Shown: positions 40,145-52,191 of the stretch, in pieces
Layout: every line of letters begins with the position of its first letter
Numbering within the stretch: position 1 is the first letter of the stretch
Assembly: GCA_050251655.1 (NCBI GenBank)
Contig: JBFWMH010000009.1
Span: 1,530-65,529, forward strand
Length of the DNA: 64,000 bases
Source: Acholeplasmataceae bacterium
Lineage (GTDB): Bacteria; Bacillota_I; Bacilli_A; Acholeplasmatales; Acholeplasmataceae
Direction of reading: 5' to 3'
The notes under the pieces: model-generated
What the model was told of the DNA's origin: nothing
What the model saw: only the letters and a program-made list of their open reading frames with translations
Database searches by the model: none
Position numbers and translations under genes: made by a program

Positions 40145-42743
40145 ATTTAAACACTTTAATCAATATTTGTTTCATATCTTCAACAAGAGGAAGACGTGGA
40201 TTTGCTGGACTACATTGATCTTCATAAGCTAAATAAGCCATAAGTTCAACATTATCCATATAATCTTTCTCGTTGACTCTTTGTTCTCTTAGACTCATCT
40301 TAATGCCTAAGCTTTCACCTAAGTCATAAACAGCTTGTGCAAGTGATTCAACACCTTCTTCAACCGTTTTTGCTTTTAAGCCTAATAGTCTTGCTACTTT
40401 TTGATATTTTTCATCAGCTACATAGAAATTGTATTTTGGCCATGTAGCAAGTTTTGATGGTTTTTGACCATTGTATCTAATAACTTCAGGTAATAAAATC
40501 GCATTAATTCTACCATGAGGAACATGGAACAATCCACCAATTTTATGTGCCATTGAATGGGAAATACCTAGGAATGCATTACCAAATGCCATACCTGCCA
40601 TGGTTGATGCGTTATGCATTTTTTCTCTTGCTTCAAAATCGTTTCCATTATCAACTGCACGTTTTAAATATTTAAATACCATTTCAATTGCTGATAATGC
40701 AAGTGCATCTGTATAGTCATTAGACAATGTAGATACATATGATTCAAGTGCATGTGTTAACACGTCCATACCTGTATCAGCAGTAACTGATTTAGGTTGT
40801 GATAATGTAAGTGCTGGATCTACGATAGCAACTGTTGGAGTTAATGAATAATCTGCTAGTGGATATTTTTTATTTTCTTTCTTATCTGTGATGACTGCAA
40901 AAGGTGTAACTTCACTACCTGTTCCTGATGTTGTTGGAATACAAACAAGTTTACTCTTCTTACCAAGTTCTGGATATCTAAATGCACGTTTTCTAATGTC
41001 CATGAATTTTTGTTTTAAGTCATTAAAATCAACTTCTGGATGTTCATAGAATAACCACATTGCTTTTGCTGCATCCATTGGTGACCCACCACCGATGGCA
41101 ATAATTGTATCTGGTTCAAATGCACGCATGATTTGGAATCCTTTATTGACTGTGTCAATTGATGGATCTGGTTCAACATCACAGAACAATTGAACTTGAA
41201 CTTTATTTCTTCTTAAGTTAAGTTGATCTGTAATCTTTTGTACATAACCTAAGTCAACCATAACTCTATCAGTAACAATAAAGACTTTTTCAACTTCATG
41301 CATTTGTCTTAAGTACTCAATAGAATCTCTTTCAAAATAAATCTTAGAAGGTACTTTAAACCATTGCATATTATTCTTTCTTCTTCCTATCTTTTTGATA
41401 TTTAATAAATGAGTTGCACTAACGTTATCTCCGACACTGTTATGTCCGAAACTACCGCATCCAAGTGTAAGTGATGGGATGAATTGATTATATACTTGTC
41501 CAATACCTCCAAATGTTGTAGGAGAGTTGTGAATAATTCTAATAGCTTTCATAGCAAGACCAAATTTCTTAACAACTTCTTTGTCTTCTGCATGAATACA
41601 TGCACTATGACCTAAACCATTAAATTCAACCATTTGTTTAGACTTTAATATACCTTCTTCTTCAGTCTTCACATCATAAAATGCTAAGATTGGAGAAAGT
41701 TTTTCTCTGCTAAATGGTTCCATTTCACCAACTTCTTGACAAACAACCCCTAAGATGACCGTGTTTGCTGGAACTTCAATACCGACTTGTTTAGCAATAG
41801 ATACTGCTGATTGACCAACGATTGATGCATTTAATTTCGCTTTTGCACCATCTTTATAATCAGACACACCAAATGCTAATTTCATCAACTTTAATTTTTC
41901 TTCTTCATTTAAAATATATGTACCAAATTGTTTGAAGCGATTCATCGCTTCTTTGTATAAATCATGATCAATGAAGCATGCTTGTTCAGATGCACAAACC
42001 ATACCGTTATCAAACGCCTTAGACATTACGACATCGTTAACTGCTTGTTTTAAGTTTGCAGTCTTATGAATGTATGCAGGTACATTTCCCGCACCAACAC
42101 CTAGTGCTGGTTTACCGCATGAATATGCAGCTTTAACCATTGCATTACCACCAGTAGCAAGTATTAAACTTACACCTTCATGATTCATAAGTTCACTGGT
42201 TGCTTCCATTGAAGGTGTTTCAATCCATTGAATACAATGTTCTGGCGCACCTGCTGCAACTGCTGCATCTCTAACGACACGTGCTGCTTCAATGGAGCAT
42301 TGTTGTGCATTTGGATGAAACGAGAAAATAATAGGATTTCTAGTTTTTAAAGAAATGATACTTTTGAAGATTGCTGTTGATGTTGGATTTGTTACTGGAA
42401 CAATACCACAAATAACACCGACTGGATCTGCAATCATAGTGATGCCACTGACATCATCCTCACTAATCACACCTACTGTCTTTAAATGTCTGATGTGATT
42501 CACTACATATTCTACTGCAAATAAATTCTTTGTTGCCTTATCTTCAAAAACGCCTCTTTTTGTTTCGTTAACCGCTGCTAAAGCAAGTCTTCCGTGAGCT
42601 TCAAGAGCTGCTACAGAAACTTTAGCAATAATGTGGTCAACTTGTTCTTGAGTAAACGTATAAAAAGTCTCAAGAGCATTTTGAGCATTTTGAACAAGAC
42701 CATTGACTTGAGACGCTACTGTCTCTTTCATGTCTTTTTCCAT
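40143..42743 (-). CDS. adhE: Bifunctional acetaldehyde-CoA/alcohol dehydrogenase
   Basis: ALDH domain (VTNPTST, LATGG, CASEQ), linker LGCGSFG, Fe-ADH domain ([28 protein letters not shown]). Confidence 0.96.
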   Translation of the reverse strand: MEKDMKETVASQVNGLVQNAQNALETFYTFTQEQVDHIIAKVSVAALEAHGRLALAAVNETKRGVFEDKATKNLFAVEYVVNHIRHLKTVGVISEDDVSGITMIADPVGVICGIVPVTNPTSTAIFKSIISLKTRNPIIFSFHPNAQQCSIEAARVVRDAAVAAGAPEHCIQWIETPSMEATSELMNHEGVSLILATGGNAMVKAAYSCGKPALGVGAGNVPAYIHKTANLKQAVNDVVMSKAFDNGMVCASEQACFIDHDLYKEAMNRFKQFGTYILNEEEKLKLMKLAFGVSDYKDGAKAKLNASIVGQSAVSIAKQVGIEVPANTVILGVVCQEVGEMEPFSREKLSPILAFYDVKTEEEGILKSKQMVEFNGLGHSACIHAEDKEVVKKFGLAMKAIRIIHNSPTTFGGIGQVYNQFIPSLTLGCGSFGHNSVGDNVSATHLLNIKKIGRRKNNMQWFKVPSKIYFERDSIEYLRQMHEVEKVFIVTDRVMVDLGYVQKITDQLNLRRNKVQVQLFCDVEPDPSIDTVNKGFQIMRAFEPDTIIAIGGGSPMDAAKAMWLFYEHPEVDFNDLKQKFMDIRKRAFRYPELGKKSKLVCIPTTSGTGSEVTPFAVITDKKENKKYPLADYSLTPTVAIVDPALTLSQPKSVTADTGMDVLTHALESYVSTLSNDYTDALALSAIEMVFKYLKRAVDNGNDFEAREKMHNASTMAGMAFGNAFLGISHSMAHKIGGLFHVPHGRINAILLPEVIRYNGQKPSKLATWPKYNFYVADEKYQKVARLLGLKAKTVEEGVESLAQAVYDLGESLGIKMSLREQRVNEKDYMDNVELMAYLAYEDQCSPANPRLPLVEDMKQILIKVFK

Positions 42744-42925
42744 GATTAAGTTTTCCTTTCGAGTTTGTTACTTATATTTTTTCACTTTTACTATTAATTT
42801 GCAATATGGAGTAAACTGTAAAACGTTTTCTTAAAAATGAAAATGTTTACAATATACTGTGACTAAATATTTTAAACAAGACTACAAAAATAAAAACCCC
42901 TAATTAAAGAGGTTTTATGTGTTAA

Positions 42926-44380
42926 TTAAGAATTATAAATGTAATCAATGAATTCAGGATGGTCAATGAATGGATTTCTATTACCTTGATATTCATAAAT
43001 TAGATTATTTCTATTTTGTTCAAATGCATCTACGGGATCGTTTGCAGCCCATTGTAGTAATGTTGCTAAATCACCCATTTGATAAACATTTGGATCACCA
43101 GATGAAATATTGATTAAATGAAGATTTGCATACATTAAATCCATATAAAGAAGGATTCTGGCAATATCTCCTTTTACAGCATTTCTTGGTGCATAACTGT
43201 ATGAAGTAGTTGTATTGGCATACCATTTATTACCACGACTTGAGTTTTCATTTGGATTTGCAGGTTTCAAGTTTTGTAAATCTGATGCTTGATTAACAGT
43301 GTTATTATCAGCACTAACACCAAGTAAAGATTGTGGCCATACATGTTCTCTATTCCAAGTTGCTCCACCATCCCAGTATCCTGATACTGAAGTTCCTTTA
43401 TAAACAAGAATAAGATTTGAACTATTCGTAGGATCAACATCTGTATCATCTAACATATATCTTGCATCACCATAAGTGACACCATGGAAACCATTATTTA
43501 TGATTGTATGGAGTTGATTATAAAGATCATCGCCAAATAATCCTGAAACGCTTGAGTAATAACCTGTATATGTTGATTCTTCAATCCATTTTGCATATAC
43601 GACAATACTTTCATAAGGCATATAATTAAATGTAAAACTTTGAGTGAGTGCTTGATCACTAAACCAACCTAAGAATGTATAACCATCTTTTGTAGGATCA
43701 CTAGGTTCTGTAATTGAAACACCGCCATGTGCTGCAATTTGAGAAACTGCACTACCACCATTACTATCGAAAGTAATCGTATAAACATTGGTATCTATAT
43801 AATTCCATTTAGCATATAAAGTGATATTGCCACTAGGCATTGTATTAAACGTAAATTGTCTTAAATAATTTGTTGTTGAATACCATCCAGCAAATTCATA
43901 ATCTGCTCTTGTTGGATTTTCAGGTGCCGTAATCGTATCACCTTCAGCAGCTATGATTGGATCCACTGCTGATCCACCTTGTGAATCAAATGTGATCTTA
44001 TACATGCTACTTTCATTTAATCCAATAACAGTTACATAAATGTAACCAAAAGTTATTTCATCTGCGTAACTAAGTGTATACATGAGTGTGACATCCTGAT
44101 CACTATCACCTCTAGTAACAATACCATCATTGGTGATTGCTGTAGGATTGTAACTCATCCAACTAATCTCTGCGCTACTATCTAACTGTGAAGTTGTTGG
44201 AAAACCAAGATTTGAAGTGACATAGTTTGCTTGATCCCCATCAGCATAATCAATGGTAATAGCAGCAGCTATTTCATCAATTGTATAATCATATGTCGGT
44301 CCCGAAATGATTGGGTCACAACTTGATAGTAATATCATTGTACCTAGAAAGAATAACATCATTAAGCTTTTTTTAATCAT
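42926..44380 (-). CDS. Lipoprotein extracellular endonuclease (endonuclease I/Bsn-like) with Ig-like domain and two InlB B-repeats
   Basis: Lipobox LLSSC, NREHVWPQS, NSSRGN, KGDIARILLYM, QGNRNPFIDHPE. Confidence 0.88.
   Translation of the reverse strand: MIKKSLMMLFFLGTMILLSSCDPIISGPTYDYTIDEIAAAITIDYADGDQANYVTSNLGFPTTSQLDSSAEISWMSYNPTAITNDGIVTRGDSDQDVTLMYTLSYADEITFGYIYVTVIGLNESSMYKITFDSQGGSAVDPIIAAEGDTITAPENPTRADYEFAGWYSTTNYLRQFTFNTMPSGNITLYAKWNYIDTNVYTITFDSNGGSAVSQIAAHGGVSITEPSDPTKDGYTFLGWFSDQALTQSFTFNYMPYESIVVYAKWIEESTYTGYYSSVSGLFGDDLYNQLHTIINNGFHGVTYGDARYMLDDTDVDPTNSSNLILVYKGTSVSGYWDGGATWNREHVWPQSLLGVSADNNTVNQASDLQNLKPANPNENSSRGNKWYANTTTSYSYAPRNAVKGDIARILLYMDLMYANLHLINISSGDPNVYQMGDLATLLQWAANDPVDAFEQNRNNLIYEYQGNRNPFIDHPEFIDYIYNS
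43586..44002 (-). repeat. Two tandem InlB B-type (Listeria-Bacteroides) repeats inside the nuclease
   Basis: YKITFDSQGGS...PTRADYEFAGWY...TLYAKW and YTITFDSNGGS...PTKDGYTFLGWF...VVYAKW. Confidence 0.88.
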
Positions 44381-44443
44381 TGGAAAAACTCCTTCATTTA
44401 TGAGTGCATATTTATTATATAACGACTACACTATTTATACAAT

Positions 44444-44469
44444 AAAAAAAACAAGCATAAGCTTGTTTT
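44444..44469 (-). terminator. Terminator of the ribosomal protein superoperon
   Basis: AAAACAAGC-ATAA-GCTTGTTTT with a U-tract on the minus strand after rplQ. Confidence 0.8.
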
Positions 44470-44474
44470 AATCA

Positions 44475-44831
44475 TTATACAAATTCAATAATTGCCATTG
44501 GCGCAGCATCGCCACGTCTTGGAACTGTTTTGATAATTCTAGTGTAACCGCCTGTGCGATCTTTATATCTTGGACCGATTTCATCAAATAATTTTTGAAT
44601 TGCATTTTGTCCTTCTTTAACTTCTTCAAAACGAACAGTTTCAGCAGCTTGTCTACGAGAAGCTAATGAACCATCTTTTGCTAAAGTTACCATCTTGTCA
44701 GCTAATTTTTTTAATTCTTTAGCTTTAGATTCTGTTGTAACAATGCGTTCATTAATGATAATATCAGTTACTAAGTCGCGTAATAATGCTTTTCTTTGAT
44801 CGCTTGTGCGTCCTAATCTACGATAACCCAT
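44475..44831 (-). CDS. rplQ: 50S ribosomal protein L17
   Basis: [24 protein letters not shown]. Confidence 0.97.
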   Translation of the reverse strand: MGYRRLGRTSDQRKALLRDLVTDIIINERIVTTESKAKELKKLADKMVTLAKDGSLASRRQAAETVRFEEVKEGQNAIQKLFDEIGPRYKDRTGGYTRIIKTVPRRGDAAPMAIIEFV

Positions 44832-44836
44832 GGTAT

Positions 44837-45826
44837 TTACTCCTTATCTTCATCGTCTAAACTAAACTTAGTTTCTTTATTCGATGTATTTTCAAATTCA
44901 AGACCATGTTCAGCAAGTTTTTCTTTTAATTCTTTAAAAGATTTTCTTCCTAAACTACGAAGTCTCATGACATCTTCTTCTGTCATTTTAATGATTTGTG
45001 CAACTGTATAAATACCTGAACGTTTTAAACTATTGAATAGTCTTACAGATAAATCAAGTTGTTCAATCTTCATTTCTAATTTCTTATTCACTGGTTCTTC
45101 TTCTTGTTCATAGATAAAATCAGCATCTTTTGCAAGTTCGCTAATTTCACTAATCACTGAAAAATAGTCAATAAGCATTTTTGAAGCTAATCCTAATGCG
45201 TCTTTTGCTTCAATTGCGCCATTAGTTTCAATTTCTAATGTAAGTTCATCTTCATCGCCACGTGTTTTTTCAATATGATATGATACACGTTCAACTGGTG
45301 TATAGATAGAATCGATTGGGATAACACTTTTTTCATTTTTGCTATAAGCTTTATTCTTATCTGCAGATACATAACCAACACCGCGTCTGATTGTTACAAC
45401 CATAGATAATGAGCCGTTTTCTGATAAAGTAGCAATCACTTGATCAGGGTTAACAACTTCAACACCATCAACATGCGTAAAATCAGCAGCTGTTACTTTT
45501 CCAGCACCTACTGCATATAATTCTAATTTTTGTTCAAAATCAGGATCATCAGATTCAACAGTGAAAATAACTTTCTTTAAGTTTAATACGATACCCATAA
45601 CGTCTTCATAAACGCCATCGATTGTAGAAAACTCGTGTTCAACACCATCAATTTTAATATTGACGATTGCAGCACCTGGAAGTGAAGATAATAATACGCG
45701 TCTTAAGGCGTTTCCAAGTGTAATACCATAACCACGTTCTAATGGTTTAATGACAAACTTACCTTTTGTGCCATCAACTGAAATCTCTTCAACTGAAGTT
45801 GGTTTTTCAAACTTTAAGTCTTTCAT
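44837..45826 (-). CDS. rpoA: RNA polymerase alpha subunit
   Basis: [34 protein letters not shown]. Confidence 0.97.
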   Translation of the reverse strand: MKDLKFEKPTSVEEISVDGTKGKFVIKPLERGYGITLGNALRRVLLSSLPGAAIVNIKIDGVEHEFSTIDGVYEDVMGIVLNLKKVIFTVESDDPDFEQKLELYAVGAGKVTAADFTHVDGVEVVNPDQVIATLSENGSLSMVVTIRRGVGYVSADKNKAYSKNEKSVIPIDSIYTPVERVSYHIEKTRGDEDELTLEIETNGAIEAKDALGLASKMLIDYFSVISEISELAKDADFIYEQEEEPVNKKLEMKIEQLDLSVRLFNSLKRSGIYTVAQIIKMTEEDVMRLRSLGRKSFKELKEKLAEHGLEFENTSNKETKFSLDDEDKE

Positions 45827-45844
45827 TCGTTATCCCTCCTATGA

Positions 45845-46231
45845 TTATCCACGTGGACGTTTTGGTGGTCTACATCCATTATGTGGTACTGGTGTTACGT
45901 CTTTAATAGCTGTAATTTCTAACCCTGCAGCTTGTAATGAACGAATTGCTGCTTCACGTCCAGGACCTGGACCTTTAACATTAACTTCGACTTTAATCAT
46001 ACCTTGATCCATTGCACCTTTTGCAGCAGCTTCTGCTGAATTTTGTGCAGCGAATGGTGTAGATTTCTTGCTACCTTTAAATCCTAGTGCACCAGCACTG
46101 CTCCATGCAACAGCATTACCATCAACATCAGTAATTGTCACAATTGTATTATTAAAAGTTGTGTGAATATGTGCAACACCAAGGGGAATATTCTTTTTAA
46201 CTCTACGTTTCGTAGTTTTTTTACGTGCCAT
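45845..46231 (-). CDS. rpsK: 30S ribosomal protein S11
   Basis: [30 protein letters not shown]. Confidence 0.97.
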   Translation of the reverse strand: MARKKTTKRRVKKNIPLGVAHIHTTFNNTIVTITDVDGNAVAWSSAGALGFKGSKKSTPFAAQNSAEAAAKGAMDQGMIKVEVNVKGPGPGREAAIRSLQAAGLEITAIKDVTPVPHNGCRPPKRPRG

Positions 46232-46244
46232 GTCTTATTCCTCC

Positions 46245-46610
46245 TTATTTCTTCTTACCGGCAATAGCCTTTGGTTTACCTTTTCTTGTACGTGCATTAT
46301 TTCTTGTGTTTTGACCACGTACTGGTAAGCCTCTACGATGTCTCATACCTCTGTATGAACCGATTTCCATTAAACGTTTAATGTTCATAGTGATTTCTCT
46401 TCTTAAATCACCTTCAACAGTGTACTTAGCTACTTCAGTACGAATTCTTGATAATTCATCTTCAGTAAGTGCGTGTACACGCGCATCTTCAGACACTTCT
46501 GCGTCTTTTAGTATTTGTTTTGATGTTGTCAAACCAATACCATAAATATAAGTTAACGAAACCACGACACGTTTGTTACGTGGAATGTCGATACCTGCTA
46601 TTCTAGCCAT
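46245..46610 (-). CDS. rpsM: 30S ribosomal protein S13
   Basis: [19 protein letters not shown]. Confidence 0.97.
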   Translation of the reverse strand: MARIAGIDIPRNKRVVVSLTYIYGIGLTTSKQILKDAEVSEDARVHALTEDELSRIRTEVAKYTVEGDLRREITMNIKRLMEIGSYRGMRHRRGLPVRGQNTRNNARTRKGKPKAIAGKKK

Positions 46611-46621
46611 ATTTCCTCCTA

Positions 46622-46738
46622 CTAACCTTGTCTTTGGTTATGTCTTCTATTTTTTTTATTAATAACGTAAACTTTGCCTTTACGTCTTACAATGATATCA
46701 TCTTCACTGCGTTTTTTTACGGATGCTCTAACTTTCAT
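46622..46738 (-). CDS. rpmJ: 50S ribosomal protein L36 (38 aa, Cys-free; below the ORF track cut-off)
   Basis: Manual translation [38 protein letters not shown]; canonical position between infA and rpsM; SD AGGAGG. Confidence 0.95.
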   Translation of the reverse strand: MKVRASVKKRSEDDIIVRRKGKVYVINKKNRRHNQRQG

Positions 46739-46749
46739 ATATATCCTCC

Positions 46750-46971
46750 TTATTTGCGACGATATGTAATTCGGCCACGTGTTAAATCGTATGGTGATAA
46801 TTCTACTGTTACTTTATCACCAGGTAAAATGCGTATGTTATTCATGCGGATTTTACCAGATACATGTGCTAATACAATATGTCCATTCTGTATAAGTTCT
46901 ACCTTAAATTTCGTGTTTGGTAATACTTCTATTACACGAGCTTCTGCTTCTATTAAATCTTGTCTTGCCAT
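46750..46971 (-). CDS. infA: Translation initiation factor IF-1
   Basis: [27 protein letters not shown]. Confidence 0.97.
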   Translation of the reverse strand: MARQDLIEAEARVIEVLPNTKFKVELIQNGHIVLAHVSGKIRMNNIRILPGDKVTVELSPYDLTRGRITYRRK

Positions 46972-46975
46972 AGAT

Positions 46976-47734
46976 TCACTCCTTTTTTAGAGATGTCAAA
47001 ATTTCATGTCCAGTTTCTGTGATTAAAATCATATGCTCAAAATGTGCACTGGGTTTGTGGTCTGTTGTAATTGTTGTCCAATTATCTTTAAGTACTCTTA
47101 CATGTTTTGTACCTAAATTTAACATGGGTTCAACACAAATCGTCATACCTGGTTTAAGTACAGGCCCAACATGTGGTTGTCCGTAATTTGGAACAAATGG
47201 ATCTTCATGTAAACTGCGACCAATACCATGTCCTGTAAACTCCTCCACAATGCCATAACCATAAGGTTTAACAAATGATTCGATCGCATGTGAAATGTCT
47301 TGTACATGATTGCCAGGAGCTGCAAATTTCAATCCTTCATAAAGTGATGCTTCAGTGACTTCTAATAGTTTTTTAACTTCATCACTGACTTCACCTACTG
47401 GATAAGTTGTTGCAGAATCGGCATGGTAACCTTTATAATTTACACCAAAATCTAATGTCACGATATCGCCCTCTTTAAGTTTAATACTTTCAGATGGAAT
47501 ACCATGAACTACAACTTCATTAACTGAAGCACAAATTGATCCTGGAAAACCTTGATACCCTTTAAATGAAGGTGTACCACCAAGACTTCTAATGTGGGTT
47601 TCGGCGAGCTGATCGAGATGAAATGTGGAAACGCCTGGATGAATGTGATTTTTTACCATTTGTCTGGTTAACTCTAAAATTCTTCCAGCTTCTCTCATTA
47701 ACTCGATCTCGCGATTTGATTTAATTTGAATCAA
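46976..47734 (-). CDS. map: Methionine aminopeptidase type I
   Basis: [34 protein letters not shown]. Confidence 0.96.
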   Translation of the reverse strand: MIQIKSNREIELMREAGRILELTRQMVKNHIHPGVSTFHLDQLAETHIRSLGGTPSFKGYQGFPGSICASVNEVVVHGIPSESIKLKEGDIVTLDFGVNYKGYHADSATTYPVGEVSDEVKKLLEVTEASLYEGLKFAAPGNHVQDISHAIESFVKPYGYGIVEEFTGHGIGRSLHEDPFVPNYGQPHVGPVLKPGMTICVEPMLNLGTKHVRVLKDNWTTITTDHKPSAHFEHMILITETGHEILTSLKKE

Positions 47735-48381
47735 TTGACCTCACCTAAAACTTTCATAATTTGTTCATTTGTGTCGCTAATTTCTTTCGAGCCATCAATA
47801 TGAACACATAATTTTTGCTTTTCATAATAACCAACAACTGGTTTTGTTTGTTCAAGATATATCTCAATACGGTTAAGTACTGTTTCTTCTTGATCATCAA
47901 CTCTTTGTATCAAATGTCCACCATCTAAATCACAGATGCCTTCTACTTTAGGTTTATTGTTTTCGATATGATATACTGCCCCACATGTCTCACACACACG
48001 GCGTCCACTTATTCTTCCAATAAGTGTTTCCTTGTCCGCTTGAATATCGATGACAGCATCAATTTTCCAACCTTTACTCTTCATGATTTGATCTAGTGCT
48101 TCTGCTTGAGCAAGATTGCGAGGATATCCATCGAATAGGAATCCTTTTAGGACATCCTCTTTTTCTAATCTCAAACGAACAATTTCATTGGTGATGTCAT
48201 CTGGAACGAGTTCACCACGATCAATGTATGATTTAGCAATTTTTCCAATCTCGGAATCACCACTAAATAATTCTCTAAATATATCACCTGTAGAAATGTG
48301 TGGAATATGATAGTGCTTAATTAATATTTTAGATTCAGTACCCTTGCCAACACCTGGAGGGCCCATGATAATTAAACGCAT
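47731..48381 (-). CDS. adk: Adenylate kinase (long Zn LID)
   Basis: [24 protein letters not shown]...CDLD. Confidence 0.96.
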   Translation of the reverse strand: MRLIIMGPPGVGKGTESKILIKHYHIPHISTGDIFRELFSGDSEIGKIAKSYIDRGELVPDDITNEIVRLRLEKEDVLKGFLFDGYPRNLAQAEALDQIMKSKGWKIDAVIDIQADKETLIGRISGRRVCETCGAVYHIENNKPKVEGICDLDGGHLIQRVDDQEETVLNRIEIYLEQTKPVVGYYEKQKLCVHIDGSKEISDTNEQIMKVLGEVN

Positions 48382-48396
48382 TCCATCATCTCCTGA

Positions 48397-49701
48397 TTAT
48401 CTAAATATTGATCCGTACTCGTTTTGAGCTGCATCAGTTTCGATTTGTTGTGTGGTTTCAATAGCAACCCCAACGATAATCAATAAACTTGTACCACCTA
48501 AACGTACTGCACTTGCTTCAGCTGATGTGAAGTTAAATATAAGTGACGTTACGATTGGTAAAATAGCCAAGATGACTAAGTATGCAGTACCAATAACTGT
48601 GATCTTAAATAATAAGCTTGCAATATAATCTTGTGTGTCAATACCTGGTCTAACACCCGGGATGTAAGAGTTTGATTTTGACAAGTTGTCTGACATCTTT
48701 TGTGGACTAATTTGTAAGAATGCATAAAAGAATGCAAAGATTACAATTAAAATCACATATAAGATGAATCCAATTGGTTTGCCTGTACTAAAGATATTAG
48801 TAAACCAACTTGAGAGTGTGTCTGATGCATTCGTAGCACCAACAATTGATAATGGGATACTCATAATCGTTTGAGCAAAGATAACTGGAATAACCCCACC
48901 AACGTTGAGTTTCATTGGAATATTTGAATCAGATTTACCTTGACGGTTTGCATATTGAATAGGAATCTTACGTTGAGCAATTTGCATATATACGACACCT
49001 AATAAGATACCTACATACAATAAAATGATCACGATAAACCACACATATGACCAACCTGAAGTTGCACCAATGATATATTTAGCCCATAATGTCGTCATCA
49101 TTGTTGGTAAACTTGTAGCAATACCAGCAACAATTAACATAGATGATCCATTACCTACACCTTTTTTAGTAATAAGACTTGCGAACCACATTGCAATTGC
49201 AGAACCTGCAGTCATAACTAATGCCATGTATACGTAGAAGAAATAACGATAGCGATCAACAATTGATGCTTCAAGACTTGAAGTTAATAAACTACCTCTA
49301 GTTGAGATACCTAGAATAAGTGCTAATGCTTGGATAAATGCCAAGACTACAGCCATATATCTAGTTATTTTGTTTAGTTTTTGTTTACCTGTTTCACCTT
49401 GTTCGCTATATTCTTTTAATTTAGGTATAACCATTTGTAATAACTGAACACCAATGGATGCAGTGATATATGGTGTAATACCTAATGACATGATTGATAA
49501 ATTTTGAAGTGAATTACCACTAAAGTTGTTCAAAATGGTGAAATAATCATTAGACAAAATGCTTTGAATTGTTTGGTCGATTTGAACAAGAGGAACAGTC
49601 GTATTCGCTAAGATTCTAACAAATAACAGTATAAGTAATGTAAATGCTATACGTAGCATAATTGTTTTGTTACTGAGAACTCTTTTTATACGTGTCCACA
49701 C
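48397..49701 (-). CDS. secY: Preprotein translocase SecY
   Basis: LGITPYITAS, GVGNGSS, GVIPVIFA, IPGVRPG, GGTSLLI. Confidence 0.96.
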   Translation of the reverse strand: MWTRIKRVLSNKTIMLRIAFTLLILLFVRILANTTVPLVQIDQTIQSILSNDYFTILNNFSGNSLQNLSIMSLGITPYITASIGVQLLQMVIPKLKEYSEQGETGKQKLNKITRYMAVVLAFIQALALILGISTRGSLLTSSLEASIVDRYRYFFYVYMALVMTAGSAIAMWFASLITKKGVGNGSSMLIVAGIATSLPTMMTTLWAKYIIGATSGWSYVWFIVIILLYVGILLGVVYMQIAQRKIPIQYANRQGKSDSNIPMKLNVGGVIPVIFAQTIMSIPLSIVGATNASDTLSSWFTNIFSTGKPIGFILYVILIVIFAFFYAFLQISPQKMSDNLSKSNSYIPGVRPGIDTQDYIASLLFKITVIGTAYLVILAILPIVTSLIFNFTSAEASAVRLGGTSLLIIVGVAIETTQQIETDAAQNEYGSIFR

Positions 49702-49702
49702 T

Positions 49703-50140
49703 TTAAATCACCTCTACAGTTCCACCAGCTTTAGTAATTGCTTCTTCAGCAGCTTTTGAAAATAAATTTGCTTTTACAGTTAATTTCTTTTCAAGTTCAC
49801 CGTTTGCTAGTACTTTAACACCTGATTTTAAATCTTTAACTAAATGAGCTGCAACTAATGTTTCAATAGTAACAACATCACCGTCATTAAACATATTTAA
49901 ATCTTTTAAATTAACAATAGCATATTCTTTTCGGTTAAAATTCTTGAATCCGCGTTTTGGAAGTCTTTGGAAGAAAGGTAATTGTCCACCTTCGAATCCT
50001 GGTCTAGTCCCTCCGCCTGAACGGGCTTTTTGACCTTTTTGACCTTTACCGGAAGTTTTACCTAAACCGCTACCTGGACCGCGACCAATACGTTTTCTAC
50101 TCTTACGAGCACCTTCAACTGGTTTTAATTCATTTAACAT
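49703..50140 (-). CDS. rplO: 50S ribosomal protein L15
   Basis: [20 protein letters not shown]. Confidence 0.97.
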   Translation of the reverse strand: MLNELKPVEGARKSRKRIGRGPGSGLGKTSGKGQKGQKARSGGGTRPGFEGGQLPFFQRLPKRGFKNFNRKEYAIVNLKDLNMFNDGDVVTIETLVAAHLVKDLKSGVKVLANGELEKKLTVKANLFSKAAEEAITKAGGTVEVI

Positions 50141-50151
50141 GGTATACCTCC

Positions 50152-50331
50152 TTACTCAACTTCTGTTACAGAAACTAGGTGAGCAATAGTTTTAATCATA
50201 CCATTAACTGCATCATTGGTTTCTTTAACAACGACTGAATTTATTTTTTTAAGACCTAATGCATGTGCTGTTTTAACTTGATTAGGTTTACGTCCTATAA
50301 GACTTCTTGTGAGTTTGATTTGTACTTTCAT
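50152..50331 (-). CDS. rpmD: 50S ribosomal protein L30
   Basis: LTRSLIG, ALGLKKI; start ATG 50331 behind GGAG. Confidence 0.94.
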   Translation of the reverse strand: MKVQIKLTRSLIGRKPNQVKTAHALGLKKINSVVVKETNDAVNGMIKTIAHLVSVTEVE

Positions 50332-50332
50332 A

Positions 50333-50842
50333 TTATCCAAGCTCCGCTACATCGACACCACGTAATGCAGCAACTTGTTCAGCAGTTCTTAAAGATTTAA
50401 GACCTTCGAATGTTGCACGCACCATGTTAATTGGTGTTGAAGTTCCGATTGATTTAGATAAGATGTCATGAATACCAGCGAGTTCGAAAACAGCACGAAC
50501 AGGACCACCAGCGATGACTCCAGTACCTTCTGATGCAGGTTTTAAGAATACTCTACCAGCACCATATACACCTGTGACTTCATGAGGGATTGTTGATCCT
50601 ACTGAAGGCACATCGATCATATTTGTTTTAGCATTTTCAATTGCTTTTTTAATTGCGTCAGGTACTTCAAGAGCTTTACCAGTTCCGAAACCTACTTGAC
50701 CTTTTTTATTGCCGATTACTACAAGAGCTGCAAAACGGAAGCGACGTCCACCTTTAACAACTTTAGTAACACGGTTAATAGCAACAACGCGTTCCTCAAA
50801 TTGTTTTTCTTCTTGTTCTTTTTTGAATCTTTCTTTAGCCAT
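50333..50842 (-). CDS. rpsE: 30S ribosomal protein S5
   Basis: [22 protein letters not shown]. Confidence 0.97.
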   Translation of the reverse strand: MAKERFKKEQEEKQFEERVVAINRVTKVVKGGRRFRFAALVVIGNKKGQVGFGTGKALEVPDAIKKAIENAKTNMIDVPSVGSTIPHEVTGVYGAGRVFLKPASEGTGVIAGGPVRAVFELAGIHDILSKSIGTSTPINMVRATFEGLKSLRTAEQVAALRGVDVAELG

Positions 50843-50853
50843 ATGCTTCCTCC

Positions 50854-51207
50854 TTAGAACTCTAAGCCAGCGCTGCGAGCTGCATCAGCAAGTTCTTTAA
50901 CACGTCCATGATATAAATAACCACTACGATCAAATACTATTGTTTTGATACCACCAGCAATCGCCTTTTCAGCAATTAACTTACCAACTGCCTTAGCTGC
51001 TTCAATGTTTGAATGCTTAAGACCTAATTCTTGACTACGTGCACTAAATAGTGTCGTTTGGTTAACATCATCAATTAATTGAGCATAAACTGCTGTATTC
51101 GAACGGTAAACACTTAATCTAGGACGAAGAGCTGTACCATTAACAATTTTACGAATACGAAGATGACGTTTTTGACGACTAACATTTTTTGATAATTTTT
51201 TAATCAT
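50854..51207 (-). CDS. rplR: 50S ribosomal protein L18
   Basis: [22 protein letters not shown]. Confidence 0.97.
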   Translation of the reverse strand: MIKKLSKNVSRQKRHLRIRKIVNGTALRPRLSVYRSNTAVYAQLIDDVNQTTLFSARSQELGLKHSNIEAAKAVGKLIAEKAIAGGIKTIVFDRSGYLYHGRVKELADAARSAGLEF

Positions 51208-51222
51208 TTATATCATCCTCTC

Positions 51223-51762
51223 TTATTTAGCAGTTTTACCAGCTTTACGTGGAACATATTCATCAACATAACGAATACCTTTTCCAAGATAAGGTTCTGG
51301 TTTCTTAACGCTTCTAATTTTTGCTGCAAATTCACCAACAACTTGTTTATCTGCACCTGAAATAATAATTTGTGTATTTTTTGGAATTTCAATTGTTAAT
51401 CCAGCAGGAATTTCTAAATTCACTGGATGAGAGAAACCCATACTTAGATTCACGATGTTTCCTTGCAATTGTGCACGGTAACCAACACCACGAATCTCTA
51501 ATTCTTTTTTGAATCCTTCACTAACACCTACAACCATGTTGCTTAATAAAGCACGTGTAGTTCCATGAATTTTTCTTGTAAAGATATCATCATTAGGACG
51601 TTTAACTGTAATAGTTTGTCCTTCTAAAACGATATCAAGTGATTGATTGAATTGGAATTCAAGTTCACCTTTAGGACCTTTAACTACTGCGTAGTTTTCA
51701 GGACTTACCGATACGGTAACACCAGCAGGAACTTGAATCACTTTATTACCTATACGTGACAT
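51223..51762 (-). CDS. rplF: 50S ribosomal protein L6
   Basis: [14 protein letters not shown]. Confidence 0.97.
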   Translation of the reverse strand: MSRIGNKVIQVPAGVTVSVSPENYAVVKGPKGELEFQFNQSLDIVLEGQTITVKRPNDDIFTRKIHGTTRALLSNMVVGVSEGFKKELEIRGVGYRAQLQGNIVNLSMGFSHPVNLEIPAGLTIEIPKNTQIIISGADKQVVGEFAAKIRSVKKPEPYLGKGIRYVDEYVPRKAGKTAK

Positions 51763-51777
51763 GTTTTCCTCCTTATA

Positions 51778-52176
51778 TTACCATACGTATGCTAACACTT
51801 CGCCACCAACTTGGGCTAAGCGTGCTTCGCGATCTGTCATGATACCTTTTGATGTAGAGATTAATGCAATCCCTAATCCATTTAAAACTTTTGGTAATTC
51901 ATCTACTGATGTATATACTCGAAGTCCTGGTTTCGATATCCTTTTTAAACCTTTAATAACACGTTCTTTAGTTGAAGTGTATTTTAAAGTAACAACAATT
52001 TTACCTTGAACGCCATCTTTTGCGACAACATAATCGACAATAAATCCTTCTTTCTTTAAAACTGCTAAGATATCAGCTTTAAGTCTAGAAGCAGGAATTT
52101 CGACTTTGTCATGACGCATTGAATTAGCGTTACGAATACGTGTTAACATATCCGCAATTGGATCAGTCATAACCAT
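51778..52176 (-). CDS. rpsH: 30S ribosomal protein S8
   Basis: [25 protein letters not shown]. Confidence 0.97.
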   Translation of the reverse strand: MVMTDPIADMLTRIRNANSMRHDKVEIPASRLKADILAVLKKEGFIVDYVVAKDGVQGKIVVTLKYTSTKERVIKGLKRISKPGLRVYTSVDELPKVLNGLGIALISTSKGIMTDREARLAQVGGEVLAYVW

Positions 52177-52191
52177 TTTTCTTCCTCCTTA

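Noticed and set aside
42760-42890. Rex operator upstream of adhE
   Set aside because: No convincing TTGTGAA-N4-TTCACAA match found by eye
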